A DNA stretch of 64,000 nt. It comes from Eledone cirrhosa. Its lineage: Eukaryota. Each line of letters opens with the position of its first letter. Within the stretch, counting starts at the first letter, position 1. The notes under the pieces were generated by a model, which worked only from the letters and a program-made list of their open reading frames with translations, had not been told where the DNA came from and searched no databases. Location: assembly GCA_964016885.1 (NCBI GenBank), contig OZ024754.1:25916001-25980000 (forward strand). The letters run 5' to 3'. The position numbers were made by a program, and so were the translations under genes. Positions 1-10,900 of this stretch are shown piece after piece.

Positions 1-3000
1 CCTGAAAGTTTCTTCTCAGACAACCTTCTGCTATCCAGCTCTCCTGAGAGTTTCTTCTCAGACAACCTGCTGCTGTCCACCTCTCCTGAGAGTTTCTTCT
101 CAGACAACCTACTGCTGTCCACCTCTCCTGAGAGTTTCTTCTCAGACAACCTTCTGCTGTCCAGCTCTCCCTGAGAGTTTCTTCTTAGACGACCTACTGC
201 TGTCCACCTCTGCCTGAGATTTTCTTCTCAGACAACCTGTGGCTGTCCAACTCTCCTCAGAGTTTCTTCTCAGACGACCTCCTGCTGTCCAGCTCTGCCT
301 GAGAGTTTCTTCTCAGACAACCTGTTGCTGTCCAGCTCTCCTGAGAGTTTATCCTCAGACAACCTTCTGCTGTCCACCTCTCCTTGAGAGTTTCTTCTCA
401 GACAACCTTCTGCTGTCCAGCTCTCCTGAGAGTTTCTTCTCAGAGGACCTTCTGTTGTGCACCTCTCCCTGAGAGTTTCTTCTCACACAACCTGTGGCTG
501 TCCAACTCTCCTCAGAGTTTCTTCTCTTAGGACCTTCTGCTGTCCAGCTCTCCCTGAGAGTTTCTTCTCAGACAACCTGTGACTGTCCAACTCTCCTCAG
601 AGTTTCTTCTCTTAGGACCTTCTGCTGTCCAGCTCTCCCTGAGAGTTTCTTCTCAGACAACCTGTTGATATCCAGCTTTCCTGAGAGTTTATTCTCTGTC
701 AACCTGCTGCTGTCCACCTCTCCCTGAGAGTTTCTTCTCAGACAACCCTCTGCTGTCCAGCGCTCCTGAGAGTTTCTTCTCAGACGACTTTCTGCTGTCC
801 AGCTCTCCCTGAGAGTTTCTTCTCAGACGACCATCTGCTGTCCACCTCTCCTGAGAGTTTCTTCTCAGACAACCTTCTGCTGTCCACCTCTCCTGAGAGT
901 TTCTTCTCAGACGACCTTCTGCTGTCCAGCTCTCCTGAGAGTTTCTTCTCAGACGACCTTCTGCTGTCCAGCTCTCCCTGAGAGTTTCTTCTCAGACAAC
1001 CTTCTGCTGTCCAGCTCTCCTGAGAGTTTCTTCTCAGACGACCTTCTGCTGTCCACCTCTCCCTGAGAGTTTCTTCTCAGACAACCTGTGGCTGTCGCAC
1101 TCTCCTCGGAATTTTTTCTCTGAGGACCTTCTGCTGTCCAGCTCTCCCTGAGAGTTTCTTCTCAGACAACCTGCTGCTGTCCACCTCTCCTGAGAGTTTC
1201 TTCTCAGACAACCTGTTGCTGTCCACCTCTCCCTGAGAGTTTCTTCTCAGACAACCTGCTGCTGTCCACCTCTCCTGAGAGTTTCTTCTCAGACAACCTG
1301 CTGCTGTCCACCTCTCCTGAGAGTTTCTTCTCAGACAACCTTCTGCTGTCCAGCTCTCCTGAGAGTTTCTTCTCAGAGAACCTTCTGTTGTCCACCTCTC
1401 CTGAGAGTTTTTTCTCAGACAACATGCTGCTGTCCACCTCTCCTGAGAGTTTCTTCTCAGACAACCTTCTGCTGTCCAGCTCTCCTGAAAGTTTCTTCAC
1501 AGATAACCTTCTGCTGTCCACCTCTCCTGAGAGTTCCTTCTCAGACGACCATCTGCTGTCCACCTCTCCTGAGAGTTTCTTCTCAGACAACCTTCTGCTG
1601 TCCAGCTCTCCCTGAGAGTTTCTTCTCAGACGACCTTCTGCTCTCCAGCACTCCCTGAGAGTTTCTCTCAGACGACCTGCTGCTGTCTAGCTCTCCCTGA
1701 GAGTTTCTTCTCAGACAACCTTCTGCTGTCCTGCTCTCCTGAGAGTTTCTTCTCAGACGACCTTCTGCTGTCCACCTCTCCCTGAGAGTTTCTTCTCAGA
1801 CAAACTGTGGCTGTCCACCTCTCCTGAGAGTTTCTTCTCAGACAACCTTCTGCTGTCCAGCTCTCCTGAGAGTTTCTTCTCAGAGAAGCTGCTGTTGTCC
1901 ACCTCTCCTGAGAGTTTCTTCTCAGACAACCTGCTGCTGTCCACCTCTCCTGTGAGTTTCTTCTACTGTCCACCTCTCCTGAGAGTGTTCTTCTCAGATA
2001 ACCTGTTGCTGTCCAGCTCTCCCTGAGAGTTTCTTCTCAGACAACCTTCTGCTGTCCAGCTCTCCTGAAAGTTTCTTCACAGATAACCTTCTGCTGTCCA
2101 CCTCTCCTGAGAGTTTCTTCTCAGACAACCTGTGGCTGTCCACCTCTCCTGAGAGTTTCTTCTCAGACAACCTTCTGCTTTCCAGCTCTCCTGAGAGTTT
2201 CTTCTCAGACAGCCTTCTGCTGTCCACCTCTCCTGAAAGTTTCTTCACAGATAACCTTCAGCTGTCCACCTCTCCTGAGAGTTTCTTCTCAGACAACCTG
2301 TGGCTGTCCACCTCTCCTGAGAGTTTCTTCTCAGACAACATTCTGCTGTCCAGCTCTCCCTGAGAGTTTCTTCTCAGACAACCTTCTGCTGTCCAGCTCT
2401 CCTGAGAGTTTCTTCTCAGACAATCTGCTGCTGTCCACCTCTCCTGAGAGTTTCTTCTCAGACAACCTGCTGTTGTCCACCTCTCCTGAGATTTCTTCTC
2501 AGACAACCTGCTGCTGTCCACCTCTCCTGAGAGTTTCTTCTCAGACAACCTTCTGCTGTCCACCTCTCCTGCGAGGTTCTTCACAGATAACCTTCAGCTG
2601 TCCACCTCTCCTGAGAGTTTCTTCTCAGACAACCTGTGGCTGTCCACCTCTCCTGAGAGTTTCTTCTCAGACAACCTTCTGCTGTCCAGCTCTCCCTGAG
2701 AGTTTCTTCTCTTAGTACCTTCTGCTGTCCAGCTCTCCTGAGAGTTTCTTCTCAGACAACCTTCTGCTGTCCAGCTCTCCTGAGAGTTTCTTCTCAGACA
2801 ACCTGCTGCTGTCCACCTCTCCTGAGAGTTTCTTCTCAGACAACCTACTGCTGTCCACCTCTCCTGAGAGTTTCTTCTCAGACAACCTTCTGCTGTCCAG
2901 CTCTCGCTGAGTGTTTCTTCTCAGACGACTTTCTGCTGTCCACCTCTGCCTGAGATTTTCTTCTCAGACAACCTGCGGCTGTCCAGCTCTCCTGAGAGTT

Positions 3001-6000
3001 TCTTCTCAGACAACCTTCTGCTGTCCAGCTCTCCTGAGAGTTTCTTCTCAGACAACCTGCTACTGTCCAGCTCTCCTGAAAGTTTCTTCTCAGACAACCT
3101 TCTGCTGTCCAGCTCTCCTGAGAGTTTCTTCTCAGACAACCTGCTGCTGTCCACCTCTCCTGAGAGTTTCTTCTCAGACAACCTACTGCTGTCCACCTCT
3201 CCTGAGAGTTTCTTCTCAGACAACCTTCTGCTGTCCAGCTCTCCCTGAGAGTTTCTTCTTAGACGACCTACTGCTGTCCAGCTCTCGCTGAGAGTTTCTT
3301 CTCAGACGACTTTCTGCTGTCCACCTCTGCCTGAGATTTTCTTCTCAGACAACCTGTGGCTGTCCAACTCTCCTCAGAGTTTCTTCTCAGACGACCTCCT
3401 GCTGTCCAGCTCTCCTGAGAGTTTCTTCTCAGACAACCTGTTGCTGTCCAGCTCTCCTGAGAGTTTATCCTCAGACAACCTTCTGCTGTCCACCTCTCCC
3501 TGAGAGTTTCTTCTCAGACAACCTGTGACTGTCCAACTCTCCTCAGAGTTTCTTCTCTTAGGACCTTCTGCTGTCCAGCTCTCCCTGAGAGTTTCTTCTC
3601 AGACAACCTGTGACTCTCCAACTCTCCTCAGAGTTTCTTCTCTTAGGACCTTCTGCTGTCCAGCTCTCCCTGAGAGTTTCTTCTCAGACAACCTGCTACT
3701 GTCCAGCTCTCCTGAAAGTTTCTTCTCAGACAACCTTCTGCTATCCAGCTCTCCTGAGAGTTTCTTCTCAGACAACCTGCTGCTGTCCACCTCTCCTGAG
3801 AGTTTCTTCTCAGACAACCTACTGCTGTCCACCTCTCCTGAGAGTTTCTTCTCAGACAACCTTCTGCTGTCCAGTTCTCCCTGAGAGTTTCTTCTTAGAC
3901 GACCTACTGCTGTCCACCGCTGCCTGAGATTTTCTTCTCAGACAACCTGTGGCTGTCCAACTCTCCTCAGAGTTTCTTCTCAGACGACCTCCTGCTGTCC
4001 AGCTCTGCCTGAGAGTTTCTTCTCAGACAACCTGTTGCTGTCCAGCTCTCCTGAGAGTTTATCCTCAGACAACCTTCTGCTGTCCACCTCTCCCTGAGAG
4101 TTTCTTCTCAGACAACCCTCTGCTGTCCAGCTCTCCTGAGAGTTTCTTCTCAGAGGACCTTCTGTTGTCCACGTCTCCCTGAGAGTTTCTTCTCAGACAA
4201 CCTGTGACTGTCCAACTCTCCTCAGAGTTTCTTCTCTTAGGACCTTCTGCTGTCCAGCTCTCCCTGAGAGTTTCTTCTCAGACAACCTGTGACTGTCCAA
4301 CTCTCCTCAGAGTTTCTTCTCTTAGGACCTTCTGCTGTCCAGCTCTCCCTGAGAGTTTCTTCTCAGACAACCTGTTGATATCCAGCTTTCCTTAGAGTTT
4401 ATTCTCTGTCAACCTGCTGCTGTCCACCTCTCCCTGAGAGTTTCTTCTCAGACAACCCTCTGCTGTCCAGCGCTCCTGAGAGTTTCTTCTCAGACGACTT
4501 TCTGCTGTCCAGCTCTCCCTGAGAGTTTCTTCTCAGACGACCATCTGCTGTCCACCTCTCCTGAGAGTTTCTTCTCAGACAACCTTCTGCTGTCCACCTC
4601 TCCTGAGAGTTTCTTCTCAGACGACCTTCTGCTGTCCGGCTCTCCTGAGAGTTTCTTCTCAGACGACCTTCTGCTGTCCAGCTCTCCCTGAGAGTTTCTT
4701 CTCAGACAACCTTCTGCTGTCCAGCTCTCCTGAGAGTTTCTTCTCAGACGACCTTCTGCTGTCCACCTCTCCCTGAGAGTTTCTTCTCAGACAACCTGTG
4801 GCTGTCGCACTCTCCTCGGAATTTTTTCTCTGAGGACCTTCTGCTGTCCAGCTCTCCCTGAGAGTTTCTTCTCAGACAACCTGCTGCTGTCCACCTCTCC
4901 TGAGAGTTTCTTCTCAGACAACCTGTTGCTGTCCACCTCTCCCTGAGAGTTTCTTCTCAGACAACCTGCTGCTGTCCACCTCTCCTGAGAGTTTCTTCTC
5001 AGACAACCTGCTGCTGTCCACCTCTCCTGAGAGTTTCTTCTCAGACAACCTTCTGCTGTCCAGCTCTCCTGAGAGTTTCTTCTCAGAGAACCTTCTGTTG
5101 TCCACCTCTCCTGAGAGTTTTTTCTCAGACAACCTGCTGCTGTCCACCTCTCCTGAGAGTTTCTTCTCAGACAACCTTCTGCTGTCCAGCTCTCCTGAAA
5201 GTTTCTTCACAGATAACCTTCTGCTGTCCACCTCTCCTGAGAGTTCCTTCTCAGACGACCATCTGCTGTCCACCTCTCCTGAGAGTTTCTTCTCAGACAA
5301 CCTTCTGCTGTCCAGCTCTCCCTGAGAGTTTCTTCTCAGACGACCTTCTGCTCTCCAGCACTCCCTGAGAGTTTCTCTCAGACGACCTGCTGCTCTCTAG
5401 CTCTCCCTGAGAGTTTCTTCTCAGACAACCTTCTGCTGTCCTGCTCTCCTGAGAGTTTCTTCTCAGACGACCTTCTGCTGTCCACCTCTCCCTGAGAGTT
5501 TCTTCTCAGACAAACTGTGGCTGTCCACCTCTCCTGAGAGTTTCTTCTCAGACAACCTTCTGCTGTCCAGCTCTCCTGAGAGTTTCTTCTCAGAGAAGCT
5601 GCTGTTGTCCACCTCTCCTGAGAGTTTCTTCTCAGACAACCTGCTGCTGTCCACCTCTCCTGTGAGTTTCTTCTACTGTCCACCTCTCCTGAGAGTGTTC
5701 TTCTCAGATAACCTGTTGCTGTCCAGCTCTCCCTGAGAGTTTCTTCTCAGACAACCTTCTGCTGTCCAGCTCTCCTGAAAGTTTCTTCACAGATAACCTT
5801 CTGCTGTCCACCTCTCCTGAGAGTTTCTTCTCAGACAACCTGTGGCTGTCCACCTCTCCTGAGAGTTTCTTCTCAGACAACCTTCTGCTTTCCAGCTCTC
5901 CTGAGAGTTTCTTCTCAGACAGCCTTCTGCTGTCCACCTCTCCTGAAAGTTTCTTCACAGATAACCTTCAGCTGTCCACCTCTCCTGAGAGTTTCTTCTC

Positions 6001-7270
6001 AGACAACCTGTGGCTGTCCACCTCTCCTGAGAGTTTCTTCTCAGACAACATTCTGCTGTCCAGCTCTCCCTGAGAGTTTCTTCTCAGACAACCTTCTGCT
6101 GTCCAGCTCTCCTGAGAGTTTCTTCTCAGACAACCTGCTGCTGTCCACCTCTCCAGAGAGTTTCTTCTCAGACAACCTGCTGCTGTCCACCTCTCCTGAG
6201 AGTTTCTTCTCAGACAACCTGCTGTTGTCCACCTCTCCTGAGATTTCTTCTCAGACAACCTGCTGCTGTCCACCTCTCCTGAGAGTTTCTTCTCAGACAA
6301 CCTTCTGCTGTCCACCTCTCCTGCGAGGTTCTTCACAGATAACCTTCAGCTGTCCACCTCTCCTGAGAGTTTCTTCTCAGACAACCTGTGGCTGTCCACC
6401 TCTCCTGAGAGTTTCTTCTCAGACAACCTTCTGCTGTCCAGCTCTCCCTGAGAGTTTCTTCTCTTAGTACCTTCTGCTGTCCAGCTCTCCTGAGAGTTTC
6501 TTCTCAGACAACCTTCTGCTGTCCAGCTCTCCTGAGAGTTTCTTCTCAGACAACCTGCTGCTGTCCACCTCTCCTGAGAGTTTCTTCTCAGACAACCTAC
6601 TGCTGTCCACCTCTCCTGAGAGTTTCTTCTCAGACAACCTTCTGCTGTCCAGCTCTCGCTGAGAGTTTCTTCTCAGACGACTTTCTGCTGTCCACCTCTG
6701 CCTGAGATTTTCTTCTCAGACAACCTGCGGCTGTCCAGCTCTCCTGAGAGTTTCTTCTCAGACAACCTTCTGCTGTCCAGCTCTCCTGAGAGTTTCTTCT
6801 CAGACAACCTGCTACTGTCCAGCTCTCCTGAAAGTTTCTTCTCAGACAACCTTCTGCTGTCCAGCTCTCCTGAGAGTTTCTTCTCAGACAACCTGCTGCT
6901 GTCCACCTCTCCTGAGAGTTTCTTCTCAGACAACCTACTGCTGTCCACCTCTCCTGAGAGTTTCTTCTCAGACAACCTTCTGCTGTCCAGCTCTCCCTGA
7001 GAGTTTCTTCTTAGACGACCTACTGCTGTCCAGCTCTCGCTGAGAGTTTCTTCTCAGACGACTTTCTGCTGTCCACCTCTGCCTGAGATTTTCTTCTCAG
7101 ACAACCTGTGGCTGTCCAACTCTCCTCAGAGTTTCTTCTCAGACGACCTCCTGCTGTCCAGCTCTCCTGAGAGTTTCTTCTCAGACAACCTGTTGCTGTC
7201 CAGCTCTCCTGAGAGTTTATCCTCAGACAACCTTCTGCTGTCCACCTCTCCCTGAGAGTTTCTTCTCAGA
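1..7270 (+). repeat. Domain A: two tandem copies of a ~3.7-kb higher-order repeat (1-3710; 3711-~7270)
   Basis: CCTGAAAGTTT...GCTATCCAG at 1 and 3711. Matching ORFs are offset by 3710 (239/3949, 1204/4914, 1994/5704), then by 3752 after one extra monomer near 6150 (2473/6225, 2921/6673). A shared truncated monomer lies at 1950 and 5660. Confidence 0.92.
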
Positions 7271-7939
7271 CAACCCTCTGCTGTCCAGCTCTCCTGAGAG
7301 TTTCTTCTCAGAGGACCTTCTGTTGTCAACCTCTCCCTGAGAGTTTCTTCTCAGACAACCTGTGACTGTCCAACTCTCCTCAGAGTTTCTTCTCTTAGGA
7401 CCTTCTGCTGTCCAGCTCTCCCTGAGAGTTTCTTCTCAGACAACCTGTTGCTGTCCAGCTTTCCTGAGAGTTTATTCTCAGACAACCTGCTGCTGTCCAC
7501 CTCTCCCTGAGAGTTTCTTCTCAGACAACCCTCTGCTGTACAGCGCTCCTGAGAATTTCTTCTCAGACGACTTTCTGCTGTCCAGCTCTCCCTGAGAGTT
7601 TCTTCTCAGACGACCTTCTGCTGTCCAGCACTGCCTCAGAGTTTCTGCTGAGACAAACTTCTGCTGACCAGCTCTCCTGAGAGTTTCTTCTCAGACAACC
7701 TTCTGCTGTCCAGCTCTCCCTGAGAGTTTCTTCTCAGACGACCATCTGCTGTCCACCTCTCCTGAGAGTTTCTCCTTAGACAACCTTCTGCTGTCCACCT
7801 CTCCTGAGAGTTTCTTCTCTGACAACCTACTACTGTCCAGCTCTCCTGAGAGTTTCTTCTCAGAGGACCTTCTGCTGTCCAGCTCTCCTGAGAGTTTCTT
7901 CTCAGACAACCTGCTGCTGTCCACCTCTCCTGAGAGTTT

Positions 7940-10900
7940 CTTCTCAGACAACCTTCTGCTGTCCAGCTCTCCCTGAGAGTTTCTTCTTAGACAACCTTCT
8001 GCTGTCCAGCTCTCACTGAGAGTTTCTTCTCAGACAACCTTCTGCTGTCCAGCTCTCCTGAGAGTTTCTTCTCAGACAACCTGCTGCTGTCCACCTCTCC
8101 TGAGAGTTTCTTCTCAGACAACCTGCTGCAGTCCACCTCTCCTGAGAGTTTCTTCTCAGACAACCTTCTGCTGTCCAGCTCTCTTGAGAGTTTCTTCTCA
8201 GACGACTTTCTGCTGTCCACCTCTCCCTGAGAGTTTCTTCTCAGACAGCCTGTGGCTGTCCAACTCTCCTCAGAGTTTCTTCTCTTATGACCTTCTGCTG
8301 TCCAGCTCTCCCTGAGAGTTTCTTCTCAGACGACCTTCTGCTGTCCAGCTCTCCCTGAGAGTTTCTTCTCAGACGACCTCCTGCTGTCCAGCCCTCCTGA
8401 GAGTTTCTTCTCAGACGACCTGCTACTGTCCAGCTCTCGCTGAGAGTTTCTTCTCAGATAACCTGTTGCTGTCCAGCTCTCCTGAGAGTTTCTTCTCAGA
8501 CAACCTGCTGCTGTCCACCTCTCCCTGAGAGTTTCTTCTCAGACAACCTTCTGCTGTCCAGCTCTCCTGAGAATTTCTTCTCAGAGGACCTTCTGTTGTG
8601 CACCTCTCCCTGAGAGTTTCTTCTCACACAACCTGTGGCTGTCCAACTCTCCTCAGAGTTTCATCTCTTAGGACCTTCTGCTGTCCAGCTCTCCCTGAGA
8701 GTTTCTTCTCAGACGACCTTCTGCTGTCCAGCTCTCCCTGAGAGTTTCTTCTCAGACGACCTACTGCTGTCCAGTTCTCCATGAGAATTTCTTCTCAGAC
8801 GACCTTCTGCTGTCCAGCACTGCCTGAGAGTTTCTGCTGAGACAAACTTCTACTGTCCAGCTCTCCTGAGAGTTTCTTCTCAGACGACCTGTTGCTGTCC
8901 ACCTATCCATGAGACTTTCTTCTCAGACAAACTGCTGCTGTCCACCTCTCCTGAGAGTTTCTTCTAAGACAACCTGCTGCTGTCCACCTCTCCTGAGAGT
9001 TTCTTCTCAGACGACCTTCTGCTGTCCAGCTCCCTCTGAGAGTTTCTTCTTAGACAACCTTCTGCTGTCCAGCTCTCCTGAGAGATTCTTCTCAGACGAC
9101 TTTCTGCTGTCCACCTCTCCCTGAGAGTTTCTTCTCAGACGACCTTCTGCTGTCCAGCTCTCCCTGAGAGTTTCTTCTCAGACAACCTTCTGCTGTCCAG
9201 CTCTCCCTGAGAGTTTCTTCCCAGACGACATTCTGCTGTCCAGCTCTCCCTGAGAGTTTCTTCTCAGACCACCTGCTGCTGTCTAGCTCTCCCTGAGAGT
9301 TTCTTCTCAGACGACCTCCTGCTGTCCAGCTCTCCTGAGAGTTTCTTCTCAGACGACCTGCTGCTGTCCAGCTCTCCCTGAGAGTTTCTTCTCAGATAAC
9401 CTGTTGCTGTCCAGCTCTCCTGAGAGTTTCTTCTCAGACAACCTGCTGCTGTCCACCTCTCCCTTAGAGTTTCTTCTCAGACAACCTTCTGCTGTCCAGC
9501 TCTCCTGAGAGTTTCTTCTCAGAGGACCTTCTGTTGTGCACCTCTCCCTGAGAGTTTCATCTCAGACAACCTCTGACTGTCCAACTCTCCTCAGAGTTTC
9601 TTCTCTTAGGACCTTCTGCTGACCAGGTCTCCCTGAGAGTTTCTTCTCAGACGACCTTCTGCTGTCCAGCTCTCCCTGAGAGTTTCTTCTCAGACGACCT
9701 TCTGCTGTCCTGTTCTCCATGAGAATTTCTTCTCAGAGGACCTTCTCCTGTCCACCTCTCCCTGAGAGTTTCTTCTCAGACAACATTCTGCTGTCCAGCT
9801 CTCCTGAGAGTTTCTTCTCAGACAACCTGTTGCTGTCCACCTATCCATGAGACTTTCTTCTCAGATAGCCTGCTGCTGTCCACCTCTCCTGAGAGTTTCT
9901 TCTCGGACAACCTTCTGCTGTCCAGCTCTCCTGAGAGTTTCTTCTCAGACGACTTTCTGCTGTCCACCTCTCCCTGAGAGTTTCTTCTCAGACAACCTGT
10001 GGCTGTCCAACTCTCCTCAGATTTTCTTCTCTGAGGACCTTCTGCTGTCCAGCTCTCCCTGAGAGTTTCTTCTCAGACGACCTTCTGCTGTCCAGCTCTC
10101 CCTGAGAGTTTCTTCTCAGACGACCTGCTGCTGTCCATCTCTCCCTGAGAGTTTCTTCTCAGATAACCTGTTGCTGTCCAGCTCTCCTTAGAGTTTCTTC
10201 TCAGACAACCTGCTGCTGTCCACCTCTCCCTGAGAGTTTCTTCTCAGACAACCTTCTGCTGTCCAGCTCTCCTGAGAGTTTCTTCTCAGAGGACCTTCTG
10301 TTGTGCCCTCTCCCTGAGAGTTTCTTCTCAGACAACCTGTGACTGTCCAACTCTCCTCAGAGTTTCTTCTCTTAGGACCTTCTGCTGTCCATCTCTCCCT
10401 GAGAGTTTCTTCTCAGACGACCTTCTGCTGTCCAGTTCTCCATGAGAATTTCTTCTCAGACGACCTTCTGCTGTCCAGCACTGCCTGAGAGTTTCTGCTG
10501 AGACAAACTTCTACTGTCCATCTCTCCTGAGAGTTTCTTCTCAGACAACCTGCTGCTGTCCACCTCTCCTGAGAGTTTCTTCTCAGACAACCTGCTGCTG
10601 TCCACCTCTCCTGAGAGTTTCTTCTCAGGCGACCTTCTGCTGTCCAGCTCTCCCTGAGAGTTTCTTCTTAGACAACCTTCTGCTGTCCAGCTCTCACTGA
10701 GAGTTTCTTCTCAGACAACCTTCTGCTGTCCAGCTCTCCCTGAGACTTTCTTCTCAGACGACCTTCTGCTGTCCACCTCTCCCTGAGAGTTTCTTCTCAG
10801 ACCACCTGCTGCTGTCTAGCTCTCCCTGAGAGTTTCTTCTCAGACGACCTCCTGCTGTCCAGCTCTCCTGAGAGTTTCTTCTCAGACGACCTGCTGCTGT

